From: a virus | Taxonomy: Duplodnaviria; Heunggongvirae; Uroviricota; Caudoviricetes | Reading direction: 5' to 3' (one strand) | Virus record (IMG/VR): IMGVR_UViG_2802429175_000002 | DNA: 64,000 bases | In this document: positions 10,628-20,999 of the stretch, piece after piece | Layout of the letters: each line of letters starts with the position of its first letter | Numbering within the stretch: position 1 is the stretch's first letter | Notes under the pieces: model-generated | What the model was told of the DNA's origin: nothing | Databases searched by the model: none | What the model saw: the letters and a program-made list of their open reading frames with translations, nothing else | Translations under genes and position numbers: made by a program

Positions 10628-11083
10628 ATGCCTCCAGTTAACGTTCATCGACCAGACCCTGACAGCCCCAAAGGGATGGCATGGGTACTCGGCGTTGGGA
10701 TGGTTGATCCCCGCCCGGGAGCGAACCCGAATCAGGTAATGGCGATCGTCCAATCCTGGGAACCCACTTCGGAATTGTGGTGGGAACTCGGATTGCGCTG
10801 GCACCCAGAGCTTGCCACTAAATGGGCAGTTGGTGGTGGTCAGTTTGCAGTTGCGGACATCGTCAAAGAGAAGCCCGAGGACTTCGGGGAGGATTCTGAC
10901 CTCAAGGCGAAAGCTGAAGAGGTTCTTGGGTATATCGCCGAGGAGCACCCCGAGTATGCGGAGCTTCTGAAGAAGATCAAGTCTGCTGGCAGCGACGAAG
11001 AGCGCGCCAAGATTTCGAAGCAGTTCGAGTCAGAGATCAAGAAGTTGATTCTGCTCACCGAATACATCAAGTCCAAGGAGTAA
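10628..11083 (+). CDS. hypothetical protein
   Basis: 151-aa ORF in the tail block. The C-terminus is acidic and Lys-rich. Confidence 0.45.
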   Translation: MPPVNVHRPDPDSPKGMAWVLGVGMVDPRPGANPNQVMAIVQSWEPTSELWWELGLRWHPELATKWAVGGGQFAVADIVKEKPEDFGEDSDLKAKAEEVLGYIAEEHPEYAELLKKIKSAGSDEERAKISKQFESEIKKLILLTEYIKSKE

Positions 11084-11086
11084 CCC

Positions 11087-13132
11087 ATGACGATGCCGTC
11101 AGGCAGCGATCCGAGTGGTTATGACCTCTCTGGACATGATGGCGGTGTTGTTGGTGCGGGACTAGGCAATCTAGCCGGTCGTCAGCGTGGGCCCATCGAG
11201 GACATGCTCAAGGCGCGCGTTCAGAACACCACGTCTCTGAACAACGCATCTGACGCGGTCTTCCACGGGCTCAACGCTGCGCTCGGGTTGCCACTCGCGA
11301 TTCTTGAAGCGTTGATCAACAGGCTTTTCCCGGGGTTGAACATTGACCTCGACGGAGGAATGGAAGCATTCCTCAACAGTCTGAAGGAAGTTCCACTCCT
11401 CGGGGATATCGTCAAGTGGATCACTGGCGTTGCTGATGGTGGAATCGCAGAGCTCAAGCTTTGGTTCGATAACCTGAAGCAGTTCCTCGCACATATCGAT
11501 TTCAACTCGCCATCGTTCAATCCGCTTGCAGCGGCAGGGATCTTCATCGACATGATCCTCGCTCCGGTTGGCAAGCTAGCCACCCTCATCGGTGGCCTGC
11601 TCTCGGGCAGTGTGATCCCAGGACTTGACGCCTCAAAGATCATCTCAGGCCAGTTCGCGCAGGACATGATCGCGGGCCTTGGGGGAGTGCTCAACGGCAT
11701 CAACTCGATGATCAATCAGGTCATCGACATCTTCCGTGGCGTCCTCGTCACCCCGATCAACCAGGCCCTCCAGGACGTCAAGGACTGGTGGAACGCGCTT
11801 ACAGGCAAGACCTCCAACCTGACCCATGACGGCAACCTTGGGATCGACAAGGTCACCAACCTTGTGGAGAACCTGGGGAACATGCTGTCCGGCGTCAAGA
11901 AGGGCGCTGACGGAACCACCACTGGCACCACGGGCACTCTGTCTGACCAGATCGACCAGGCGAAGGATTCCCTACTAGGACTGCTCGGGCTATCGAAGGA
12001 CGCGCTGAAGAGCGCAATTGCCGCTCAGACCACGCTGCAGGAGCAGGAGACCGAGCAGAACACTGGCGGTGGCAACAGCTACAGCTTCGTGTTCTCCGGT
12101 TCCGATGGCGCCGCTCTGAACTCCACGGACTGGACCACCGGCCCCAATCCCGGTGATATCACTATTCGTGGGGACTCGGGGTATGCGGGCGTCAAGAACG
12201 GCAACCCGGACGGGTACTTCTTCGCCAGCCCGAACTACACCTATGCCACCGATGGACAGTCGGCGTCGTTTGTACTGGGTGACACCCAGAACGGGAACTA
12301 TTACTCCGGTGTCTACATCCGATGTGACGTTGATCGGACCACTGGTGCGTACTGCCTGGCCAAAGAGGGCGAGATCCGAATCGGTAAGTTCACCCGGTCA
12401 GGCTCGAGCTGGTCGTTCAGTGCACCCCTAACGCTTCAGACGGGACTCTCTGCGGTTAAGCAGGGCGCGCGTGTCGAGATCCGCTGCTCTGGCACCAACT
12501 ACTTCGTGCGTGTCAACGGTCGACAGGTTCTCTCGGCGACCGACGCGGGTAACACGATCAGCATTGGTGCCGCATACCGCTATTCGATGTTTAGCGTGCA
12601 GCGGGCGAGCCCGTTCTTCACCTATGACTCCTATCGCGTCGCGGCGTTCGCCATGTCCGATTACACCTCAGCGGGAGCTGGATTCTCGATGTCCAATTCA
12701 TGGAGCATCAGGCGCGATAGCACCGCCGACGTCACATACGGCCCGTACTCGTCCGGTGCGTTCCCTTCGGGATTCTTCACCTTCAACGACTACACCACCG
12801 ACGTCACTCTCGACGACCTGGGCACGGCACGTATCGAGATCGCGACCACCGGCCTGTACCGAATCAACACGACATACCGATCGGTCACCGCCAAAGGCAC
12901 GTCCGTGCCCTATTGGGTGGTGTACAAGAACGGCACCCGCATCACCGGGGCCATTCCGTCGGGTTGCCCGTTTGAGATCCCGCTTGTGGCGGGAGATGTC
13001 GTGCAGCCCGGATTCATCGCGGTCGACTACGACCTCCGTTCCAACGGCTCGACAGGATCGGAAACCGTTGTCGCGCGAAGCATCACAGCACTATCCGGCA
13101 TCGCCACTTTCGATGGCCGTCGAATCGTATAA
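11087..13132 (+). CDS. minor tail protein
   Basis: 681 aa with a Gly/Thr-rich linker (TTTGTTGT) and a beta-rich C-terminal domain. Located in the tail block. Confidence 0.55.
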   Translation: MTMPSGSDPSGYDLSGHDGGVVGAGLGNLAGRQRGPIEDMLKARVQNTTSLNNASDAVFHGLNAALGLPLAILEALINRLFPGLNIDLDGGMEAFLNSLKEVPLLGDIVKWITGVADGGIAELKLWFDNLKQFLAHIDFNSPSFNPLAAAGIFIDMILAPVGKLATLIGGLLSGSVIPGLDASKIISGQFAQDMIAGLGGVLNGINSMINQVIDIFRGVLVTPINQALQDVKDWWNALTGKTSNLTHDGNLGIDKVTNLVENLGNMLSGVKKGADGTTTGTTGTLSDQIDQAKDSLLGLLGLSKDALKSAIAAQTTLQEQETEQNTGGGNSYSFVFSGSDGAALNSTDWTTGPNPGDITIRGDSGYAGVKNGNPDGYFFASPNYTYATDGQSASFVLGDTQNGNYYSGVYIRCDVDRTTGAYCLAKEGEIRIGKFTRSGSSWSFSAPLTLQTGLSAVKQGARVEIRCSGTNYFVRVNGRQVLSATDAGNTISIGAAYRYSMFSVQRASPFFTYDSYRVAAFAMSDYTSAGAGFSMSNSWSIRRDSTADVTYGPYSSGAFPSGFFTFNDYTTDVTLDDLGTARIEIATTGLYRINTTYRSVTAKGTSVPYWVVYKNGTRITGAIPSGCPFEIPLVAGDVVQPGFIAVDYDLRSNGSTGSETVVARSITALSGIATFDGRRIV

Positions 13133-13150
13133 CCCAGAGAGGCCTCAGCG

Positions 13151-13309
13151 ATGACCACATTCGCCATGCCTGAACTACCCGACATCACCTTCACTGTTGA
13201 GCGTGGCGGTCTCGACCCTGACGGGAAACTCAATCCGTCATGGATCCAGATCACCGGCACCGATTCGAACGAAAAAATCGTTTCGAGTGTTGGGTTCTCG
13301 GGCCCGTAA
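13151..13309 (+). CDS. small hypothetical protein (52 aa)
   Basis: ATG preceded by an AGAGAGG ribosome-binding site. It falls below the ORF-track length cutoff. Confidence 0.35.
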   Translation: MTTFAMPELPDITFTVERGGLDPDGKLNPSWIQITGTDSNEKIVSSVGFSGP

Positions 13310-13321
13310 TTAGGAGTTCAT

Positions 13322-13603
13322 TTGTCGCTCAGGACATTCAAGCAGGATCCTGACGCGGTTCTCGACTACACACTCGATTGGAGTGCCTGGCTCGCTCCCG
13401 GTGACACCATCACGTCTGCAACGGCGACGGTGTCCCCAAGCGGTGGCCTAACTGTCGGAACTGTTTCAAACACGGTTGACGCAGTGACCGTTTGGGTTTC
13501 TGCCGGTGCAGCCGGAAGTAAGTACGACGTCACCGTCCACGTCATTACGAACGGTGGTCGTGAAGATGACCGAACTTTCACGGTCGAAATCAAGGAGATG
13601 TAG
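13322..13603 (+). CDS. hypothetical protein
   Basis: TTG start preceded by an AGGAG ribosome-binding site. 93 aa. Confidence 0.45.
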   Translation: MSLRTFKQDPDAVLDYTLDWSAWLAPGDTITSATATVSPSGGLTVGTVSNTVDAVTVWVSAGAAGSKYDVTVHVITNGGREDDRTFTVEIKEM

Positions 13604-13689
13604 GTGACCGAGCCTACTCAGATTGTTCTCGCTCTGACGGTGTGGGCAGACGCCGAAGTTGAGCGCCCCAGTGATTCAAAGGATTCCGT

Positions 13690-14079
13690 ATGACGGTTGG
13701 TCTTCACACTGCCAATCTTGCTAACAAGATTCTCGACCACCTACGCGGTGGTACTGCATGGGCGCAGCCCGGTGGACTGTGGGTTCGGCTCCACACCGCC
13801 GATCCTGGCGCAGCAGGCACCGCCGCTGGTTCGGCTGTAACTGCAAGGAGCCAGGCAACTTTCGCGGTTGCCGCTTCTGGAGCCATCGCGCTTACTGGAA
13901 CTAACCCGTCCTGGTCGATGACCGCCACCGAAACCATCACTCACATCTCAGTTTGGGATGCGAGCACTGGTGGCAATTTCCAGTGGTCGGCGGCGCTGTC
14001 GGTATCGAAGAACGTTCAGTCCGGCGATACCCTGACCCTAACGTCCTGCGGGTTGTCCCTAGGGCCGCTGGCGGCGTAA
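13690..14079 (+). CDS. hypothetical protein (possible minor tail)
   Basis: 129 aa. Its stop overlaps the downstream start as TAAATG. Confidence 0.5.
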   Translation: MTVGLHTANLANKILDHLRGGTAWAQPGGLWVRLHTADPGAAGTAAGSAVTARSQATFAVAASGAIALTGTNPSWSMTATETITHISVWDASTGGNFQWSAALSVSKNVQSGDTLTLTSCGLSLGPLAA

Positions 14080-15666
14080 ATGGCGCTGGGGCTGTCGACA
14101 TTCTCCACTGTCGGCTCGTACAGCTACACCTTGCCTCCTGAGGCCAACCGCGTTGACGTCATCCTAATCGGTGGTGGCGGCGGTGGTGGTGGAGGCGACG
14201 GTGGCCTCGGCTCAACCGGTGAGGGTGGCAAGAAGGCCACCTGGCAGGCCTATCAGCTTGTGCGGGTGGATGGCGGCTCCTGGGCAGCGGCTGCTGTCAC
14301 TGGTGTAGTCGGTGCAGCTGGCACTGCTGGCCCCAAGGAGAACAACGGAGGGGCCGGGGGCAACTCCACAGCGACGTTCAACGGTTCCACAACCACCGCA
14401 GTTGGCGGCGCAGGGGGCGCAGGAGCCTACTCCGGTAACGGCAAGAACAAGCCAGGTGAGAGTCCTGGAGACACCACATACAACGGGCGCACTTATAGCG
14501 GCGGCCTAGGCGGCTCCACGAACAACGCAGGCACTGATCCTGGCGCTGGTGGTGGACCCGGCTCGGGTGGAGCGTTCGGCATGGCCAATGCTGGCAAGGC
14601 TGGTGGCGCAGGCCGGGTGTGGTTCTACGCCTGGTATCAGCCCGTTGCCTACACCGCCGATGCGAGCTTGGGAGTGGCCGCTGCTCTATCCGCTGGGCTG
14701 TCTTGTGTATTCACGGCTACAGGAGTCCTGCCAGTCGTTGCGACACTGACCGGGGCCCTATCGCGCGGGCAGTCAATGGGAGCAAACCTCTCCGCGACAG
14801 CCACACCTTCCGGTTCTGATCGGTATGACGCCAAGACGCAGGCGAATCTCTTCCTTGCCGCGACACCAGTTGGTGCGATCGTCAAGATCCTCAACGCGGC
14901 GTCCACGCTCGCTTTGACCGCATCCACCTCGGCTGCTGCCACTGAATTCGGGGTAGGTGACGTCAGCCTCACGCTCGCGGCCTCGATGCTGGCCGGGGCG
15001 AACGTAGACCTCGGCGTGGCAGGAACTTTGAATCTGGCAGCGGAACTAACCGCAGCGGTATCGCGTGGCCAGGCCATCGGGGGAGCGCTTGGCGTAACCG
15101 CCCAGACGCAGGGCGGACTCAAGTACGAAGGAAGCCTGGGCGCGAACCTCGTAGCAGTGGCATTCCTTACCGCAGAGGCGCAGAGGACTGTACGGGCAGA
15201 CGCCGCACTGGTAGTCGCCGCAGATGGTCCATCAGATGCCACTGGTGGCAATGTCGCAGATACCAATCTCGATGCAGTAGCCGCGATGACTGCCGCAGCC
15301 CAGGTCAACTACGCGGCAGCTGCGAGCCTGGCTGTTGAGGTACTGAGCGCCGGAACGGCGGGGGCCCAGTTCGCCGCTGACACAGAGCTTGTCGTCAACG
15401 CATCTATGTGGGCCTGGTTCGGATCCGTCCGCGAGGTTCTCTACGTCGATCCCGTGGATCGTTCGGCGAGCGTCATTGAAACTGAACGCGATATCGCGGT
15501 GATTGAAAGCGAACGCAGCGCAACTGTGGGTGTAACTGAGCGAGAGATGGACATCGCCTCAGTTGAGCGAATGGGTGTCGTTTCCGGCGAGAGTCGCGCT
15601 CTCTCCGTTGATGAGACGACACGTGGTGTGGATGTCCCCGGGCTCGATACCACCACATCTGTATAG
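14080..15666 (+). CDS. glycine-rich minor tail protein
   Basis: 528 aa with a long Gly-rich tract (GGGGGGGGDGGLGSTGEGG...) and Ala-rich repeats. This is typical of actinophage minor tail proteins. Confidence 0.6.
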   Translation: MALGLSTFSTVGSYSYTLPPEANRVDVILIGGGGGGGGGDGGLGSTGEGGKKATWQAYQLVRVDGGSWAAAAVTGVVGAAGTAGPKENNGGAGGNSTATFNGSTTTAVGGAGGAGAYSGNGKNKPGESPGDTTYNGRTYSGGLGGSTNNAGTDPGAGGGPGSGGAFGMANAGKAGGAGRVWFYAWYQPVAYTADASLGVAAALSAGLSCVFTATGVLPVVATLTGALSRGQSMGANLSATATPSGSDRYDAKTQANLFLAATPVGAIVKILNAASTLALTASTSAAATEFGVGDVSLTLAASMLAGANVDLGVAGTLNLAAELTAAVSRGQAIGGALGVTAQTQGGLKYEGSLGANLVAVAFLTAEAQRTVRADAALVVAADGPSDATGGNVADTNLDAVAAMTAAAQVNYAAAASLAVEVLSAGTAGAQFAADTELVVNASMWAWFGSVREVLYVDPVDRSASVIETERDIAVIESERSATVGVTEREMDIASVERMGVVSGESRALSVDETTRGVDVPGLDTTTSV

Positions 15667-15811
15667 GAAAACCTTTGACTGACAATAGGACCCCGGAGAT
15701 TCGCGTGTCAGCGGATCGGCTTTCCATTGCGATTCAGCGCGCGGACGGAAGGTGGGCAGTGATGCATTCGGCAGAGGGTGGTCACTATGCCGCCGATGCT
15801 GAGGTCGCTGA

Positions 15812-16168
15812 TTGGGCCGTGTTGTGAGCCTTGTGGACGAACTCATTGATCTTGACGCCGAAACTGTCGTTTCCCTCTTTGGGGCACTGGCAGCTGGTGG
15901 CGTACTGAGCAAGGCCATTGAGTTCGTTACGGGTCGCCGTAAACGCAAGGTCGATGAGGCGCAGGTTCTTTCGGCCATCTCGACCGCGATCCGTGAGGAA
16001 GTCCGCAAGGAGAATGCCGAACTGCGTGACCGCCTAGACCAGCTCTTGGGCGCCGTAACGGGGTTGACGGACATCCTTGACGACCTCTTCCCAAAGATCA
16101 CTGGCCTAGATGAGGAAGAGCGTATCGCGTTGCGACGCAAGATCAATCTCGCGAAACGTGTCTCCTGA
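15812..16168 (+). CDS. hypothetical protein with N-terminal hydrophobic helix
   Basis: 118-aa ORF. The start could be TTG at 15812 or GTG at 15825. It has one predicted transmembrane helix followed by a charged helical region. Confidence 0.4.
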   Translation: MGRVVSLVDELIDLDAETVVSLFGALAAGGVLSKAIEFVTGRRKRKVDEAQVLSAISTAIREEVRKENAELRDRLDQLLGAVTGLTDILDDLFPKITGLDEEERIALRRKINLAKRVS

Positions 16169-16190
16169 TACACTGAAAGAGAGAGTTTTG

Positions 16191-17192
16191 ATGGCGATTT
16201 GGACGTCCTCGACTCGGGTTCTCAGCAACCAGCCTCTTGAGCTGAATCGCGACAATCCGCTCCACTACTCGTACACGTTGAGTGGTGGAAAGAAGTTTCC
16301 CTCGGGTACCACAGCCTTCCTGACGATCAAGAACACCTACAGCCAGACGCTGGGATCATACGAGGGCGTTGTCGCGGGCGGAACCGTGACCTTCCTTGAA
16401 ACCAAGGCTATTGCGAACGCCCTACCTCGTGGTGCTTCCTGGACGCTGCATGTACAGACACCGGAGTTGGATGAGCCAAGGCTCGAGCTCCAGGGAACAG
16501 TGATCCGCAGCGAGGCTCCATTCCCAGACGCTCCTCCGCATTCGGGCGAGTTCGACGGCGTGCAGTACCGCTACAGCTTCGGCACTCCTGGCTTCGTGGT
16601 GGATCCCGCCTGGAGCATCATGAACGGCAAGCCCCGCGTCTACGACAATTCGAGCCGCAGCCTTCCCAATGCTGTTGCGGCGGCATCTATCACCGATGGC
16701 GCTGGCGGTGGGCCAACTCTGTTCGACGACGTTGCGATGCTTTACTTCGCTCCACTGAAGACGGATGCAATCCGACTTACGTACAACACTATTCGGTTTG
16801 GAGCTGGCTACGGCTGGGTGGCGATCTGCTCTAACTATGACATGACCAACTATGCGGCCATCCGCCATAGGGGAGTGTTCCTATCCGGTCTATGGGATCA
16901 CGACACCGTAGAGGTTGTGACCGGTTCAGGGCCCGTGACGCTCCAGTCGCGCACTACCCCTGCGAACTACTCGACCGCAACCAACCAGAACTACACCGCT
17001 GAGTACAACCCGCTCACCAACACCTACTCCCTATATGTGGGAACTTCCCTGACTCCAATCGTCAGCTGGACGGACACGACGCAGATCGTGAATCACGGTG
17101 AGGGGGAGCGCTATTTCGGGCTTGGCTTCAAGTCAGACCTTCTGACTCCCGGGGTTGAGATTTCCGACATCATCATCGCCGACACTCCCTAA
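16191..17192 (+). CDS. minor tail protein
   Basis: ATG at 16191 preceded by a GAAAGAGAGAG ribosome-binding site. 333 aa, last gene of the tail block. Confidence 0.55.
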   Translation: MAIWTSSTRVLSNQPLELNRDNPLHYSYTLSGGKKFPSGTTAFLTIKNTYSQTLGSYEGVVAGGTVTFLETKAIANALPRGASWTLHVQTPELDEPRLELQGTVIRSEAPFPDAPPHSGEFDGVQYRYSFGTPGFVVDPAWSIMNGKPRVYDNSSRSLPNAVAAASITDGAGGGPTLFDDVAMLYFAPLKTDAIRLTYNTIRFGAGYGWVAICSNYDMTNYAAIRHRGVFLSGLWDHDTVEVVTGSGPVTLQSRTTPANYSTATNQNYTAEYNPLTNTYSLYVGTSLTPIVSWTDTTQIVNHGEGERYFGLGFKSDLLTPGVEISDIIIADTP

Positions 17193-17199
17193 GGGATTC

Positions 17200-18543
17200 A
17201 TGTACTACACCAAGGATGACATCGCGCGCGTCATCATCCAGGTGGGCCAGCAGATGGGCATCACCTCGCGCGGTATCCACATTGCGCTTGCAACCGGTTG
17301 GGTTGAGTCCAAGTTGGTCTTCTATGCGAACTCCAATTACCCAGAGTCCCTTGACAAGAGGTTCAAGTATGACGCGGTGGGCTCGGACGGTACGTCCGTT
17401 AATTACATGCAGCAGCAGAATTTTGCTGAATGGGGTTCGCTCGATGAGCGTATGGACCTTTACGCGCCTGCTCGTATGTTCTTCGATCACTTGGCGAACC
17501 CTACGAAGTACGGCATCAAGGCCTTCGACTACAACGATCCGAACCTCACCCCAGGCCAGTGTGCCCAGAAGGTACAGCGCTCCCAGTTCCCCGATCGTTA
17601 CGACCAGGCAATGGGAGTGGCTGTTGAGTACTTCAACCGACTGACCACTGGGATTGTTCTCCCGCCAAGGTTCTTCGAAGAGATCAACATTATTGGCGAG
17701 TGGGCGCCGAACTGGCAGTCCCGCAATGGCCGCAAGCCGCGACTCTTTGTTCTGCACACCTCCGAGGGTGCTGCAGGTATGGACCTCGTCGACTATATGG
17801 CGGGGGCTTCGGTCTCGTACCACTACCTCGTTAACCCAGACGGCAAGACATGGGATCTGGTCGACACCGACGATGCTTCCTGGTCTGTCCTAGATGCGAA
17901 CAACTACACCATCAACTTGGTGTTCGGTGGGTCACGGGCGGCGATGAGTCGTGTTGAGTGGCTTGACAAGTACGACAAGGCAATTCGCGTAGCGGCCTAT
18001 CTAGCTGTGCAGGACTGCTTGAAGTACGGCATTCCCGTTCAGCTGTTGGTGGGGAACAAGTATTCGCAGCTGCCCACCACTGACGGAATCACTGACCACA
18101 ACGGCATCACGGTCGGCCTTGGCATCGGAAGCCACACCGACGTCGGGCCCAACTTCCCGTGGGACGTCTTCAACAACTACCTACTCGAATTCTCAGCTCA
18201 GGCTGGAGAGGATGACATGTTCAACGACGACGATCGGCTGAAGCTGAACCGCGTCTACTTCGAGCTGACCAACCGCTGGGAGTCCCGCTCGATCTACCGC
18301 ACCCCGGGTGAGGGGCCCGTGGACACGCTCGCTGGAATGCTCCTGAATGACGACGGTATGGAGCATGCGGAGCTCATTGAGCGCCTTGCAGTTCTTGGTG
18401 ATGAGGATGCGCTACAGCGCGTAATTCGCACTGCTGCAGGCGAAGGCGCTGTGACCGATAAGGGCAACGTTGCACGCGCCAAGAGGGTTCTGGCCACGGT
18501 GCCCAAGGAGATCCTCGAGGGATACAAGGAGGCGGCTAAGTGA
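17200..18543 (+). CDS. lysA: endolysin (lysin A) with amidase_2/PGRP-type domain
   Basis: ATG at 17200 with an AAGGGA ribosome-binding site. The central region (FVLHTSEGAAGMDLVDYMAGASVSYHYLVNPDGKTWDLVDTDDASWSV...) resembles N-acetylmuramoyl-L-alanine amidases. Confidence 0.75.
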   Translation: MYYTKDDIARVIIQVGQQMGITSRGIHIALATGWVESKLVFYANSNYPESLDKRFKYDAVGSDGTSVNYMQQQNFAEWGSLDERMDLYAPARMFFDHLANPTKYGIKAFDYNDPNLTPGQCAQKVQRSQFPDRYDQAMGVAVEYFNRLTTGIVLPPRFFEEINIIGEWAPNWQSRNGRKPRLFVLHTSEGAAGMDLVDYMAGASVSYHYLVNPDGKTWDLVDTDDASWSVLDANNYTINLVFGGSRAAMSRVEWLDKYDKAIRVAAYLAVQDCLKYGIPVQLLVGNKYSQLPTTDGITDHNGITVGLGIGSHTDVGPNFPWDVFNNYLLEFSAQAGEDDMFNDDDRLKLNRVYFELTNRWESRSIYRTPGEGPVDTLAGMLLNDDGMEHAELIERLAVLGDEDALQRVIRTAAGEGAVTDKGNVARAKRVLATVPKEILEGYKEAAK

Positions 18544-18749
18544 GCGCGCTGACGAAGTTCATTGATGAAGCGGTAGTGACTCCCGCTGTGCGAGAGCTGA
18601 AGCCAGTCATCGAGAAGATCCTCCGCGAGGAGATCCAAAAGGCTAAGAACGAGGCATGGGAGTTGCTGCCCGACTGTATTGAGAAGACTGTCGATGACGC
18701 TGTCGAGCGCTTCCTTGGTCCGATCGGGAAGTTCCTCGGAGGTAAGTGA
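18540..18749 (+). CDS. hypothetical lysis-cassette protein
   Basis: 69-aa ORF between lysin A and the holin, translationally coupled on both sides. Confidence 0.45.
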   Translation: MSALTKFIDEAVVTPAVRELKPVIEKILREEIQKAKNEAWELLPDCIEKTVDDAVERFLGPIGKFLGGK

Positions 18750-19060
18750 TGGACTTCCTACGTCGCGTACCTGAGATCTACAAGGCTCTTGTTGCCTTCC
18801 TTGGCGCCCTCGCCGCACAGGAGGGAACTGTTCTTGCCATCGCAGACGGACTACCTCCCAACTGGGTCCATGGACTCATGGTTGGATTCGCCGGAATCAC
18901 AGCGGTTTTGACTTTCCTCAAGAAGAACAAGACCGCTATGGACTTGGTGGAGAAGATCCTCCGCGATGGAGCCACCGACCCGGCCCACGTCGAGGCAGTT
19001 GTGAAGGCTAACCCAGAGTTGGTCCAGGAACTGATCGACCAGTACCGCACCTCTCACTAA
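18746..19060 (+). CDS. holin (two predicted transmembrane helices)
   Basis: 104 aa with hydrophobic segments ALVAFLGALAAQ and GLMVGFAGITAVLTFL and a charged C-terminus. Located between lysin A and lysin B. Confidence 0.6.
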   Translation: MMDFLRRVPEIYKALVAFLGALAAQEGTVLAIADGLPPNWVHGLMVGFAGITAVLTFLKKNKTAMDLVEKILRDGATDPAHVEAVVKANPELVQELIDQYRTSH

Positions 19061-19123
19061 CCCAAAACGCGACGGGCTCACCGCTATTGGTGGGTCCGTT
19101 CGTCATCTCTGAAAGAAGTTCCA

Positions 19124-20089
19124 ATGGCATGGATTGGCTGGCAGGAAGGCATGGAAGGCCTCCCTGTTCTTGCGGCGATCGGTGAGCTCCGCGCGAAGTT
19201 TACGTACGGCAAGTCGTTGACGCTGACACAGAAGTTCACCCCAGAACTGACTGAAGCGCTGAAGACGTTCCAGCGCAATAAGGGTGGACTGCGCACCGAT
19301 GGGGTCATGGACTACGAGACCCAGAAGGCGCTCGGCGTCCTAGAGGCATTGAAGCCGTGGCTGTTCACAGTGGCCGGTACGGGTGCTGGTTGGGATGCTG
19401 GTTTTCCCGCCGACCTCGCGCGCGCGGTGCTCGACCTGTTCCGCTGGCAGGGCGTCAACTACCCGGCTGCGGCGTTCCCCATGGGAACTTCGGTGGATGC
19501 TGGCATCGCCGAGCTGCTTCGCCTGATGAAGCTGCGGTTGGAGCGCTATCCGGCCGCGATGTTCGTGCTAGTCGGGTATTCGCAGGGAGCCATCGTCACA
19601 TCGATGGTGTGGAAGCGCTACATCAAGGGCACCGACCTTGAGGACCGCATCATCGGAGCCGTTACCTACGGAAACCCCTGTCGTGAGGTGGGCGTTGCCA
19701 ACGGCAACCGGGCCGCTGGATGGCCTGTACCGACTGGCCGTGGCATTGGCGACGATCGCATCGTCGATACTCCAGTCTGGTGGTACGACTATGCCCACGG
19801 CGCAAACACTCCATGGGGCCGCGATATCTACACCGACACCCCGGACGACAAGACCGGCGAGATGATGACAGCCGTCTACCGCGTGGTCCAGGAGCTGAAG
19901 AACGCCTTCATTGGTGCCGACTCTCTTCTCGAGCAGGTTGGCCAGATCATCCGCAATCCGCCTGTGGAGATCTTCGCCGCCTTCCGGGCGATCATCTACG
20001 GGGGACAGTTCGTCGCCCAGTCGCCGCCGACGCTTCCCCATATCAATTACGACATCGAACCCGCAGTCGCGTACCTGCGTTCGCTCTAA
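19124..20089 (+). CDS. lysB: lysin B (mycolylarabinogalactan esterase) with N-terminal peptidoglycan-binding domain
   Basis: GxSxG lipase motif (VGYSQGAIV). The N-terminus carries a PG_binding_1-like segment (LKTFQRNKGGLRTDGVMDYETQKALGV). Follows the holin. Confidence 0.8.
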   Translation: MAWIGWQEGMEGLPVLAAIGELRAKFTYGKSLTLTQKFTPELTEALKTFQRNKGGLRTDGVMDYETQKALGVLEALKPWLFTVAGTGAGWDAGFPADLARAVLDLFRWQGVNYPAAAFPMGTSVDAGIAELLRLMKLRLERYPAAMFVLVGYSQGAIVTSMVWKRYIKGTDLEDRIIGAVTYGNPCREVGVANGNRAAGWPVPTGRGIGDDRIVDTPVWWYDYAHGANTPWGRDIYTDTPDDKTGEMMTAVYRVVQELKNAFIGADSLLEQVGQIIRNPPVEIFAAFRAIIYGGQFVAQSPPTLPHINYDIEPAVAYLRSL

Positions 20090-20097
20090 GGAATCTC

Positions 20098-20349
20098 TTG
20101 ACCATCACTGTCTTTTCCACCGGTCCGTCCTGCCACCGCTGCACCCTGGTGAAGAATCAACTGAAGAAGAACGAAATCCCATTCGAGGAGATCCGCTTGG
20201 ATGAGGACGCCGCCTGGCATGAGCGTGTGACTTCCCACGGGTTCATGAACGCACCTGTGGTGTTGATCGATGATGACAACGTCTGGGAAGGGTTCGCATC
20301 TGATGAGCTGAAGGAGTTGATCGCGGACTACCGCGCAATGGCCGCATAG
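20098..20349 (+). CDS. NrdH-like glutaredoxin
   Basis: TTG start with an AAGGA ribosome-binding site. 83 aa with a CxxC motif (SCHRC). The longer 19720..20349 track ORF is probably an artefact overlapping lysB. Confidence 0.55.
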   Translation: MTITVFSTGPSCHRCTLVKNQLKKNEIPFEEIRLDEDAAWHERVTSHGFMNAPVVLIDDDNVWEGFASDELKELIADYRAMAA

Positions 20350-20379
20350 TCGCCCTCAGGTCACCGCAGACAAGAGAAA

Positions 20380-20412
20380 ACCCCGACTCCGTAGGTGGAG
20401 CCGGGGTTCTTT
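20380..20412. terminator. bidirectional stem-loop terminator between convergent gene blocks
   Basis: CCCCGACTCC...GGAGCCGGGG stem followed by TTCTTTCG on the + strand. An A-run precedes it, so it could also terminate leftward transcripts. Confidence 0.5.
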
Positions 20413-20435
20413 CGTTGTGGAGCTATAGTGTCGGT

Positions 20436-20999
20436 CTACTTCTGTGTTTCGATGCAGATCGTGAATTTTCGGTCAGGATGCGCATAGCCGGTTTCGTCGC
20501 AGCCGGATATGTCGGTCGTATTGAGAAGTACCCCCACGGGCTTGACCCGGTTCGCAACATTCTTATCGTCACAAGCCACACGGCGAGCGGATGTCTGATT
20601 CGTCACGAGGCAATCATTCGCCGACCAAGCCAGATCAAGGCAGGCCGTCCACTCACCCTCATCGGGGTAGCGGTAGAACCGTTGGTCTACATCCTTGGGG
20701 CACTGATCCGGTGTCGAAACGCGCTGCACGACTTTGAACCCGTTAGTGGGGGAACCGCAATCCACCACATTCAGTTTCGGAGCGGCGCGTTTCCCCTCAA
20801 GACTCACGCACGCTCCCACTGGCGCTGACTTGGCGCCAGGAATACCGGGAGCTTGCGCCGGATACTGGCCCGGAATGTTGTCAAACGTGGCCGGTGACGA
20901 TTGTGTGGACGTAGCGGTGGCCTGTTGGACGGTTGGGGTGTCTTGTCCGCATGCTGTCACGACGATCGCGGCAGCCGCGATGAAGAGCTTAGTGTTCAT
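20436..20999 (-). CDS. lipoprotein (signal peptide with lipobox, Cys-rich mature domain)
   Basis: From the ATG at 20999 the product begins MNTKLFIAAAAIVVTAC|GQ. The mature part contains several Cys pairs. Confidence 0.55.
   Translation of the reverse strand: MNTKLFIAAAAIVVTACGQDTPTVQQATATSTQSSPATFDNIPGQYPAQAPGIPGAKSAPVGACVSLEGKRAAPKLNVVDCGSPTNGFKVVQRVSTPDQCPKDVDQRFYRYPDEGEWTACLDLAWSANDCLVTNQTSARRVACDDKNVANRVKPVGVLLNTTDISGCDETGYAHPDRKFTICIETQK

Noticed and set aside
19720-20349. 209-aa + strand ORF overlapping the 3' half of lysB and ending at the NrdH stop
   Set aside because: The N-terminal 125 aa are an out-of-frame read-through of lysB with Arg/His-rich junk. The conserved glutaredoxin part begins at the TTG at 20098, which has a ribosome-binding site.
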